A stretch of 64,000 nucleotides of DNA from an uncultured Clostridium sp. Its GTDB lineage: Bacteria; Bacillota; Clostridia; TANB77; CAG-508. The stretch is from positions 596-64,595 of the forward strand of contig CAMYZH010000003.1 of assembly GCA_947303785.1 (NCBI GenBank). The letters are read 5' to 3'. The translations under genes were made by a program, and so were the position numbers. Below the pieces are notes generated by a model. The model did no database searches, was not told the origin of the DNA, and saw nothing but the letters and a program-made list of their open reading frames with translations. Below, in pieces: positions 9,558-18,144 of this stretch (the first letter of the stretch is position 1; the number at the start of each line of letters is the position of its first letter).

Positions 9558-12146
9558 TCATTTTATTATCAGCATATTTCCATTATAGTCAATTTCAACT
9601 TCTGATTTAGGAATAATTACTTGCTCTAAAATCTTTCTAGCAACTAGCGTTTCTAGTTCTTTTTGAACAAATCTTTTAAGAGGTCTTGCACCATATATTG
9701 GATCATATCCATTATCAATTAAATAAGTTTTTGCATTTTCTGAAAGCTTAATTATAATTTGTCTATCTTCTAACCTTTTATTTAAATCTATTATCAATAA
9801 ATCCAATATTTTCTCAATTTCATTTTTCTTTAGTGGCTTATATAGTATAATTTCACTTAAACGATTTAAGAACTCTGGTCTAAATGTATGTTTTAATAAT
9901 TCATCTACTTTTTTCTCACACTCAGAAGAAATTTCCCCATTTTCATCTATTCCATCTAAAATAAATTCAGAACCTAAATTTGATGTAAGTATAATAATAG
10001 TATTTTTGAAATCTACGGTTCTTCCCTGAGAATCAGTAATTCTTCCATCATCTAGAACTTGTAATAAAACATTAAATACATCTGGATGTGCCTTTTCTAT
10101 TTCGTCAAACAAAACTACACTATATGGTTTTCTTCTTACAGCTTCTGTTAATTGTCCACCTTCTTCATATCCCACATATCCAGGAGGAGCACCAATTAAT
10201 CTAGAAACTGAATATTTTTCCATATATTCAGACATGTCTATCCTAACTATATTATGTTCATCGTCAAAAAGTGCTTCAGCTAAAGCTTTGGCAAGTTCAG
10301 TTTTACCTACGCCTGTTGGGCCGAGAAACATAAATGAACCTATAGGTCTGTTAGGATCTTGAATTCCAGCTCTTGAACGAATTATTGATTCAGTTACTCG
10401 AGTTACTGCATCATCTTGTCCAATAACTCTTTTATGAAGGATACTTCCTAGATTTAATATTTTATCTCTTTCACTTTCCATAAGTTTAGCAACCGGAATA
10501 CCTGTCCACTTTGCTATAATACGAGTAATTTCTTCATCTGTAACTTTAGTTCTAAGTAAATTTGATTTTTTAGAATCTTTAGCAACTTTTTCTTCTTTAG
10601 CTAAGTCTTCTTGCAATTTAGGAAGTTTTCCATATTTTAATTCAGCTGCTTTATTTAAATCATAATTTCTTTCTGCTTTTTCTATTTCAGAATTTACTTT
10701 TTCAATTTCTTCACGCAATTTCTGAACTTTTGAAATAGCATCTTTTTCATTATCCCACTTAGCCTTTAATTCTTTAAAATTATTTTGAAGATTTGCAATT
10801 TCTTTTTGTATCTCTTCTAATCTTTTTTGTGACATTTCATCTTTCTCTTTTTTTAACGCTGTCTCTTCTATCTGATATTGCGTAATTTTATGAGAAATTT
10901 CATCTAACTCAATTGGCATCGATTCCATTTCAGTTTTAATCATTGAACATGCTTCATCAATTAAATCTATTGCCTTATCAGGTAAAAATCTATCAGAAAT
11001 ATATCTATGTGAAAGTGTTGCTGCACTAATGATTGCATTATCACTTATTTCAACTCCATGATATACTTCATATCTTTCTTTTAATCCCCTTAAAATAGAA
11101 ATAGTATCTTCCACACTTGGCTCATCAACCATTACATGTTGGAAACGTCTTTCTAAAGCAGGATCTTTTTCAATGTATTTTCTATATTCATCTAATGTTG
11201 TAGCACCTATACAATGAAGCTCTCCTCTAGCAAGCATAGGTTTCAAAAGATTTCCAGCATCCATAGCTCCATCGGTTTTACCTGCACCAACAATTGTATG
11301 AAGTTCATCTATAAATAAAATAATTCTTCCATCACTTTTTTTAACCTCTTGCAATACAGCTTTTAATCTTTCTTCAAATTCTCCTCTATATTTAGCTCCT
11401 GCAACTAATGAGCCCATATCTAATGAAAAAATTGTACAATTTTTAAGTCCATCTGGAACATCTCCCCTTACAATCCTTAATGCTAATCCCTCTGCTATAG
11501 CAGTCTTTCCAACTCCAGGTTCTCCTATCAAACATGGATTATTTTTAGTTTTACGAGATAATATTCTTATAACATTTCTAATTTCATCATCTCTTCCTAT
11601 AACAGGATCTAATTTCTGTTGTCTTGCCATTTCAACTAAATCAGTACCATATTTTTTTAAAGCATCATAGGTTTCTTCAGGACTATCTGATGTAACTCTA
11701 GTATTTCCCCTAATATTTGATAATACCTTTAAAAATTCATTTTTTCCAATATTAAAAACTTTAAATAAATTTTTAATAACATTATTACCATTATCAAATA
11801 ATGATATCATTAAATGTTCTACAGAAACATATTCATCTTTCATTTTAGTTGCAATTTTCTCAGCATCTACAAGCATTTGGTCAACATCTTGAGCTACATA
11901 AACAGAATCCATTTTTCTAGCTCCCATAACCTGTGGCAGTTTCTTAACTTCATCTAAAACACTATTAGAAAAATTTTCACTTACATTCATTCTTTTTAAT
12001 ATTTCAGAAATCAAACTTTCTTCTATTTCTAATAAAGAATATAAAATATGTACTTGTTCAATCTGCTGATTTTGATTTTCTATAGCTAATTTTTGAGCAT
12101 TTGTTATTACTTCAATTGATTTTTGTGTTAATTTTTGAGTATTCAT
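9558..12146 (-). CDS. clpB: ATP-dependent chaperone ClpB
   Basis: 862 aa. Two AAA+ modules (GEPGVGKT and GPTGVGKT Walker A motifs) with a long coiled-coil middle domain, which is the ClpB architecture. Confidence 0.95.
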   Translation of the reverse strand: MNTQKLTQKSIEVITNAQKLAIENQNQQIEQVHILYSLLEIEESLISEILKRMNVSENFSNSVLDEVKKLPQVMGARKMDSVYVAQDVDQMLVDAEKIATKMKDEYVSVEHLMISLFDNGNNVIKNLFKVFNIGKNEFLKVLSNIRGNTRVTSDSPEETYDALKKYGTDLVEMARQQKLDPVIGRDDEIRNVIRILSRKTKNNPCLIGEPGVGKTAIAEGLALRIVRGDVPDGLKNCTIFSLDMGSLVAGAKYRGEFEERLKAVLQEVKKSDGRIILFIDELHTIVGAGKTDGAMDAGNLLKPMLARGELHCIGATTLDEYRKYIEKDPALERRFQHVMVDEPSVEDTISILRGLKERYEVYHGVEISDNAIISAATLSHRYISDRFLPDKAIDLIDEACSMIKTEMESMPIELDEISHKITQYQIEETALKKEKDEMSQKRLEEIQKEIANLQNNFKELKAKWDNEKDAISKVQKLREEIEKVNSEIEKAERNYDLNKAAELKYGKLPKLQEDLAKEEKVAKDSKKSNLLRTKVTDEEITRIIAKWTGIPVAKLMESERDKILNLGSILHKRVIGQDDAVTRVTESIIRSRAGIQDPNRPIGSFMFLGPTGVGKTELAKALAEALFDDEHNIVRIDMSEYMEKYSVSRLIGAPPGYVGYEEGGQLTEAVRRKPYSVVLFDEIEKAHPDVFNVLLQVLDDGRITDSQGRTVDFKNTIIILTSNLGSEFILDGIDENGEISSECEKKVDELLKHTFRPEFLNRLSEIILYKPLKKNEIEKILDLLIIDLNKRLEDRQIIIKLSENAKTYLIDNGYDPIYGARPLKRFVQKELETLVARKILEQVIIPKSEVEIDYNGNMLIIK

Positions 12147-12177
12147 ATAAACCTTCCCTCCTTTAATTGATATTAAA

Positions 12178-12207
12178 TTAGCACGTCCATTGCAGACGTG
12201 CCTCTAA
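12178..12207. promoter_or_regulatory. CIRCE-derived inverted repeat TTAGCACGTC-N7-GACGTGCctctAA, between hsp20 and clpB
   Basis: Read from the sequence, about 30 bp upstream of the clpB start codon. It is only partly similar to the HrcA operator consensus. Confidence 0.35.
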
Positions 12208-12223
12208 AATTTTAGTATATAAA

Positions 12224-12634
12224 TTAGTCAATAATAATTCGCTTTTTTGGCTCTTCTTGTTGTGGCTTATTTTCAGGAACAACCATTGTTAAAACTCCAT
12301 TTTTGAATGATGCTTTAATATCTTCTTCAGTAACATTGTCTCCAACATAGAAGCTTCTTGAACATTGTCCTGAATATCTTTCTCTGTAAATATAATTTCC
12401 ATCTTTTTCTTCATTGTTGATTTCTTTGTTTGTTTTTGCTGAAACTGTTAAATAGCCATTTTCTAATTCGATTTCAATATTTTCTTTTTCAAATCCTGGA
12501 ACATCTACAGTAAAGATATAATTTCCATCTTTTTCTTTAATGTCAGTTTTCATAATCTTAGCTTCCCTTTTATCCATAAGGTTTTCATCATTAAAAACCT
12601 CATCAAAAAAATTCCTTCTAGGTATCATCATCAT
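12224..12634 (-). CDS. Hsp20/alpha-crystallin small heat-shock protein
   Basis: Alpha-crystallin domain with the segment DVPGFEKENIEIELENGYLTV. Confidence 0.9.
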   Translation of the reverse strand: MMMIPRRNFFDEVFNDENLMDKREAKIMKTDIKEKDGNYIFTVDVPGFEKENIEIELENGYLTVSAKTNKEINNEEKDGNYIYRERYSGQCSRSFYVGDNVTEEDIKASFKNGVLTMVVPENKPQQEEPKKRIIID

Positions 12635-12727
12635 AACACATTCCTCCTTTATAAATTATGTGTTGACACCATATCTTTTTCTATAGTGTACGCATATTTA
12701 ATTTAATTATTTCTCTTTACAGTTAGT

Positions 12728-12770
12728 ATTATACAACTACTTTTTAGCAATGTCAATAGGAGAGTGCTAA
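12728..12770 (-). promoter_or_regulatory. hsp20-clpB promoter (TTGACA-17 bp-TATAAT on the minus strand) overlapped by a CIRCE operator (TTAGCAATG-N9-GAGTGCTAA, 12744-12770)
   Basis: Perfect sigma-A consensus hexamers with 17-bp spacing. The CIRCE match to TTAGCACTC-N9-GAGTGCTAA is 16 of 18 bases. Confidence 0.6.
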
Positions 12771-12780
12771 TTTTTTAAAA

Positions 12781-13362
12781 TTATTTTCTTTCTTCCTTTC
12801 TTCTATCTGGGAAGTTAATTTTTACTTCTTCTCTAGTCAATAAGTCAACATCAAAAAATGCTCTTTTTTTAAATCCTAAAATTGAAGCCAAAATGTTATT
12901 TGGGAACTGTTGAATAAGTGCATTAAAATTTCTTGTTGTTCCATTATAATACCTTCTAGCTTTTTCAATATCTTCTTCTATTTTTACAAGTTCCTTTTGC
13001 AAGCTCAAAAATTGTTCAGAAGCTTTTAAATCTGGATAATTTTCAACTGAAATAACAACATCTTTAATCATAGCTGATAATTTGTCTTCCTTTTTTTGTC
13101 TGTCACTAACAGTCATTCTCTCAGATAAGTCTGCTCTCATTGCAGCAATATCTTCAAGAGTCGTTTTTTCATGGCTTGTATATCCTTTTACAATAGCTTC
13201 AAGATTTGGAATTAAATCAAATCTTTTCTTTAAAACACTATCTACATTGCTAAATGCCTCATAATTTAAATTACTTGCTTTGGTAATTTTATTAAATATA
13301 TAAATAATATATCCTACAAGTATCACTAATAAAATAATTACAACTATAGTTCCTGGGTTCAT
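12781..13362 (-). CDS. LemA-family membrane protein
   Basis: N-terminal TM helix followed by a roughly 170-aa coiled domain, which is the typical LemA size and architecture. Confidence 0.7.
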   Translation of the reverse strand: MNPGTIVVIILLVILVGYIIYIFNKITKASNLNYEAFSNVDSVLKKRFDLIPNLEAIVKGYTSHEKTTLEDIAAMRADLSERMTVSDRQKKEDKLSAMIKDVVISVENYPDLKASEQFLSLQKELVKIEEDIEKARRYYNGTTRNFNALIQQFPNNILASILGFKKRAFFDVDLLTREEVKINFPDRRKEERK

Positions 13363-13394
13363 AAAATTCCTCCTCTTATGTGGTTTTTAATTTA

Positions 13395-14789
13395 TTATAT
13401 TTCTCCTAATTTTTTAATCCAATCTTTATATTGTCTACCTCTATCTTCGAAATTTTTAAAAAAGCCATAACTTGTTGCTGCTGGTGAAAGGATACATACC
13501 ATTTCTTTTTTTGTAACTTCAAAAGCCTTTTCTACAGCTTCTTTAATATTAGAAACCATAAATATTTTCTTATTAGAGTTAATTAATCTATTATATATTT
13601 CTTCTCCTGTCTTTGGAAGACAAATAATGTTTTCAACATTAGAAGCCTTAATAAAATCAATAACTTCAGTTTGGTCTACGCCTCTATCATTCCCACCAAT
13701 AATTAATGTATTAACATTTGGGATAGCGTTTATTGCATTAATTGTTGACTGTGGAATTGTAGAAATAGAATCATTATAAAATATAATATCTTTGAATTTT
13801 CCAACAAGCTCCATTCTATGTTCTAAGCCTTCAAAACACTTAATCGTATCTAAAGCTTTTTCAAAGCTTAAATTCATAATTTTTATAATTGCAAATATAA
13901 ACATAATATTATTTACAATATGCATTCCTTGAAGCTTCATATCAATATTTTTACTACATATTTTTTTATCATCAACAATTATATCATCACCATCTATATA
14001 TACTTTATTTTTAGAATTTGGCTTATGTTCTATACTAATTTTATAATCACTTATTTTATATCCATCAAAACTAAGGTCTTTCATATTTTGATTATCATCA
14101 TTATAAATAAAATAATCATCTTGTTTTTGAAATTTTGCAACATTAAATTTTGCAATTCCATAATCTTTAAATGAATTATAATAATCTAAATGTTCTGGGT
14201 ATAGATTTAAGAAAATTCCAATATTAGGTGATTTTGTAACATATTCTAATGCATGTGAACTAAGTTCTATTACTGCAATAGAATTATCTTTAAATTTTTC
14301 TATATCATTAAAAATGGGTTCCCCAATATTTCCAACTAAATAACTATCTAAGCCCTGATCTAATAATATCTTATGAATTAAACTACTAGTTGTACTCTTT
14401 CCTTTTGTTCCAGTAATACCTATTGTATAAATATTTATAAATCTTAAAAAAAGGTCTAATTGATTTGTAATTTTATCTTTAATATTCTCAATATTAATAT
14501 CTTTCATAGATATTCCTGGAGTTTTGATAATTAAATCATATTGTTCAAGATTATCTAAATAGTTATCTCCTACGATAACCTCAACATTTATATCATCTAC
14601 TAAATCTGGATTTTCTATTAATAGAGCTGTATTCTTATCTGCTATGAAAAGCTTTTGATTTGGATAATATTTTCTTATAAATCGATATGTTGATTTTCCT
14701 TCTTTTCCAAAGCCTAAAATAAGTATTTTTTTATTCTTAATAAAATATAATAAATTCTTTATCATAAAACACCTACTTAAATAATTCAT
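13395..14789 (-). CDS. murD: UDP-N-acetylmuramoyl-L-alanine--D-glutamate ligase MurD (or a MurD2-like paralog)
   Basis: KKILILGFGKEGKS Rossmann N-terminus, GITGTKGKSTT P-loop, EHRMELV segment, and C-terminal SPAATSYGFFKNFEDRG segment, all characteristic of MurD. Confidence 0.8.
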   Translation of the reverse strand: MNYLSRCFMIKNLLYFIKNKKILILGFGKEGKSTYRFIRKYYPNQKLFIADKNTALLIENPDLVDDINVEVIVGDNYLDNLEQYDLIIKTPGISMKDINIENIKDKITNQLDLFLRFINIYTIGITGTKGKSTTSSLIHKILLDQGLDSYLVGNIGEPIFNDIEKFKDNSIAVIELSSHALEYVTKSPNIGIFLNLYPEHLDYYNSFKDYGIAKFNVAKFQKQDDYFIYNDDNQNMKDLSFDGYKISDYKISIEHKPNSKNKVYIDGDDIIVDDKKICSKNIDMKLQGMHIVNNIMFIFAIIKIMNLSFEKALDTIKCFEGLEHRMELVGKFKDIIFYNDSISTIPQSTINAINAIPNVNTLIIGGNDRGVDQTEVIDFIKASNVENIICLPKTGEEIYNRLINSNKKIFMVSNIKEAVEKAFEVTKKEMVCILSPAATSYGFFKNFEDRGRQYKDWIKKLGEI

Positions 14790-16122
14790 TTTTCAATAAA
14801 ATTTCAAATTCTTTAGGAACATTGTGATTTTTATTATACTCACTTAATGGATTTTCATCTGATAATTCATAATGTTCATAATAATATTTTAGCAAATATG
14901 GTAAATTATCTTTATCTTCGCATTTCCTTATTGTCTCTGAAATTGCATATCTAACCTCACTATATGTTCCAACACATTCAAAAGGCTTAATTTCGCCGAA
15001 ACCACATAGTTCTATAAATGTTTCCAATAAATCTTTATTTTCAAACATATCTTTTCCAAAAATTTCAACTAATTTTTCTTTATATAAGAATGGACTTAAT
15101 ATTGAAAAAACAAATAAACATTTTGGACAATTACAACACCAAACCCATGGTTTTTGCTTAGAACCAACATTACAACTTTTAAAAACTCTATGATATTTTT
15201 CATATTTTGAAAAAAGTTTTGCTATTTGAATTTCACTTATTGGCCTTAACATACTAAAATAATATACATTAGATTTCAAATATTTATCAGCATATTCTCT
15301 AAAATCATTTTCAAATTCAATTGTTTTTGAATATTGATGATTAATATTTTCATTTTTTACATTAGTCTCATTAGCACTATTTTCATTAGAAACAGCAATA
15401 TATTTTTTTCTTAGAGCATATCCACATAAATATGTTGTAAAAGCAACCATAGCTGAAAATGGTGTATGACCATTTAAAAATCCTTTTTCATTTAAGTCTA
15501 AAAGATTTTTATCTATAATTCTATTTACTTCAATATATCTATCGTTTGAGAAACCTCCCAATTTAGCACATTCATCTGAAACATTATTTTTTCCAATTCT
15601 AAAAGCTAAAGAATCTTTTTGATATTTAGAAAGTATTTCCATTGTAACATTTGAATCTTTACCGCCACCAATTGGAATTATTATTCCTGATAAGTTATCT
15701 TCTTCATTACTAATTTCAATTGGTTTTCCTTGATTTACGAAATTCAAAAAACTATCCTGATCAATATCTATTTTATTAATATATCTAAACTCTCCTAGTC
15801 CTAAGTAATATAGTTTTTTATACCAACTCTTTTGGTATTCGTCTAAATATCCACATTTTATAATAAAATTTGGTGAACATGTAGCTTTAAAATAGCTAAT
15901 TGCTTCAACCATTCCCATATTAAAAACTATATTTCTAATTCTATTATCTATTTTTCTAAAATTAAATTTCTTTTTTAATATTTCCAATCTTGGATTAAAT
16001 TTAGCTAATTTTTCTATTTCAAAATCAAATTCTATAACAAATTTATCTTCTTTTTCAAAAATATTAAAATCATTATAAATAAAATTTGGGTATTTTTCCC
16101 TTAACTCTCTAAAACTCATCAT
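14773..16122 (-). CDS. Cys-rich PP-loop ATP pyrophosphatase-family protein, translationally coupled to murD (candidate MurL-like epimerase)
   Basis: IPIGGGKDS PP-loop motif (SGGxDS), a CNCPKC cysteine cluster, and a 17-nt overlap with the murD start. Confidence 0.45.
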   Translation of the reverse strand: MMSFRELREKYPNFIYNDFNIFEKEDKFVIEFDFEIEKLAKFNPRLEILKKKFNFRKIDNRIRNIVFNMGMVEAISYFKATCSPNFIIKCGYLDEYQKSWYKKLYYLGLGEFRYINKIDIDQDSFLNFVNQGKPIEISNEEDNLSGIIIPIGGGKDSNVTMEILSKYQKDSLAFRIGKNNVSDECAKLGGFSNDRYIEVNRIIDKNLLDLNEKGFLNGHTPFSAMVAFTTYLCGYALRKKYIAVSNENSANETNVKNENINHQYSKTIEFENDFREYADKYLKSNVYYFSMLRPISEIQIAKLFSKYEKYHRVFKSCNVGSKQKPWVWCCNCPKCLFVFSILSPFLYKEKLVEIFGKDMFENKDLLETFIELCGFGEIKPFECVGTYSEVRYAISETIRKCEDKDNLPYLLKYYYEHYELSDENPLSEYNKNHNVPKEFEILLKNELFK

Positions 16123-16266
16123 ATTCCCCTAATTAATTATTTAACTCATTATATAATCTTAAGTATATTTTTATTCCTATTCGCACTATTATCTTATTTA
16201 TTATATAAATAAATACTTTTGATATCAAGTATCATCTTACACAATTTTCATAACTTGTATCTGTTT

Positions 16267-18144
16267 TTAGTATTCTTCAACTTCATCAAATTGAGAATTA
16301 TAAAGTGAAGCATAAAATCCTTTCTTTTCTAGCAATTCCTCATGATTTCCCTGTTCAACAATATCACCATTATTAATAACTAAAATCATATCAGCATTTT
16401 TTATTGTAGATAATCTATGAGCAATAATGAAACTTGTTCTTCCTTTCATTAAATTGTCCATAGCAGCTTGTATTTGTATCTCTGTTCTTGTATCTATTGA
16501 ACTTGTAGCTTCATCTAAAATTAATATTTTGGGATTAGCTAAAATTGTTCTAGCAATTGTTAAAAGCTGTTTTTGACCTGCGGAAATATTAGTTGTTTCT
16601 TCATTTAATATCATATTATACGAATTTGGAAGTGTTTTTATAAAATGATGAACATGTGCAGCTTTAGCAGCTTCGATTACTTCATCATCTGTTGCATCAG
16701 GTTTGCTATATTTAATATTATCTTTAATAGTTCCACTAAATAACCATGTATCTTGAAGAACCATGCCAAAATTTCGTCTTAAGTCACCTTTTTTGAAATC
16801 TTTAATATTATATCCATCTATTGTAATTTTTCCACCATTCAAATCATAAAATCTCATAAGTAGTTTTACAATTGTAGTCTTTCCAGCTCCAGTAGGTCCA
16901 ACAATAGCAATTTTCTGTCCCTCTTTTATATCTGCATTAAAATCATTAACTACAATTTTATCTGGATTATAACCAAATTTTACATGATCAAATTTAATAT
17001 TTCCCTTTAACACTGATATATCTACAGGATTAGACTTACTATCTTCTTCCTCTGGTTCATCTAAAAAGTTTAAAACTCTTTCAACTGCTGCAACCATTGT
17101 TTGAAGTTGCGCTAATACTTGGGCCATTTCTCTTATAGGTTGAGTAAATTGTTTGTTATATTGTATGAATGATTGAATATCACCTACCTGAATTTTTCCC
17201 ATCATTGTTAAATATCCACCAATTATTGCAACAAAAACATAACCTAAATTACTAATAAATGTCATTAGTGGATGCATTAAACCGCCCATAAACTGAGACT
17301 TTCTTCCAGCTGTATATAATTTTTCATTATTTTCTTTAAACTCTTTTAATACTTCTTCTTCTCTATTAAAAACTTTTACAATTTGCTGACCACTATAAAC
17401 TTCTTCAACTTGCCCATTTACATCTCCTAATATATTTTGTTGATCTTTAAAATATTTTTGAGATTTTCCTACTATCATTTTTAAAAATATAGTAGAAACT
17501 GGCAATATTAATAATGATATAAAAGTCATTGGAATATTAATAGAAATCATCATTACCAATATTCCGACTATTGTACAGATTGAAGTAATAACCTCAGTAA
17601 TACTTTGATTAAAACTTTGTCCAAAAGTATCAATATCATTTGTAACTATTGAAAGAATTTCTCCTTTACTTCTCTTATCATAAAAATTCATAGGTAATTT
17701 ATGTATTTTCTTAGACATATTATCTCTTAATTTATATGTTAATTTTTGAGATACATTTGTCATTATTAATCCTTGAATTAGTGAACATAATCCACTAATA
17801 AGATATAAAACAACAAGTATAATAACAATTTTTAAAATATAATCAAAATTAATTCCACCAACTCCAGAAATTTTCTTTACAATTCCGCTATATATCTCTG
17901 TTGTAACTTTTCCTAATATTTTAGGTCCAACTATAGTAAAAATTGTGCTTGCTATTGCAAAAATAAATACAATTATAAGCTTCCATTTATGTTCTGCCAG
18001 ATACCCTTTAGCCAATCTTTTTAATGTTCCTTTAGTATCTTTTGCTTTTTCTGCAAATATTTTTTGTGCATGGCCTCCACCTATATTTTTCTTTTTTGTC
18101 TCCATTTTTTCATTACTTTTCTCGTTCATATTATTGCTCTTCAC
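16267..18144 (-). CDS. ABC exporter, fused permease and ATPase (type I exporter half-transporter)
   Basis: Six TM helices, GPTGAGKTT Walker A motif, LSGGQKQ signature and ILDEATS Walker B motif. Confidence 0.9.
   Translation of the reverse strand: MKSNNMNEKSNEKMETKKKNIGGGHAQKIFAEKAKDTKGTLKRLAKGYLAEHKWKLIIVFIFAIASTIFTIVGPKILGKVTTEIYSGIVKKISGVGGINFDYILKIVIILVVLYLISGLCSLIQGLIMTNVSQKLTYKLRDNMSKKIHKLPMNFYDKRSKGEILSIVTNDIDTFGQSFNQSITEVITSICTIVGILVMMISINIPMTFISLLILPVSTIFLKMIVGKSQKYFKDQQNILGDVNGQVEEVYSGQQIVKVFNREEEVLKEFKENNEKLYTAGRKSQFMGGLMHPLMTFISNLGYVFVAIIGGYLTMMGKIQVGDIQSFIQYNKQFTQPIREMAQVLAQLQTMVAAVERVLNFLDEPEEEDSKSNPVDISVLKGNIKFDHVKFGYNPDKIVVNDFNADIKEGQKIAIVGPTGAGKTTIVKLLMRFYDLNGGKITIDGYNIKDFKKGDLRRNFGMVLQDTWLFSGTIKDNIKYSKPDATDDEVIEAAKAAHVHHFIKTLPNSYNMILNEETTNISAGQKQLLTIARTILANPKILILDEATSSIDTRTEIQIQAAMDNLMKGRTSFIIAHRLSTIKNADMILVINNGDIVEQGNHEELLEKKGFYASLYNSQFDEVEEY

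Noticed and set aside
12178-12207. Calling the hsp20-clpB intergenic inverted repeat a canonical CIRCE
   Set aside because: Only the outer TTAGCAC/GTGCTAA-like bases are conserved, the spacer is 7 rather than 9, and the half-sites are GTC/GAC. It is kept as a regulatory candidate at low confidence, whereas the 12744-12770 element is a good CIRCE.
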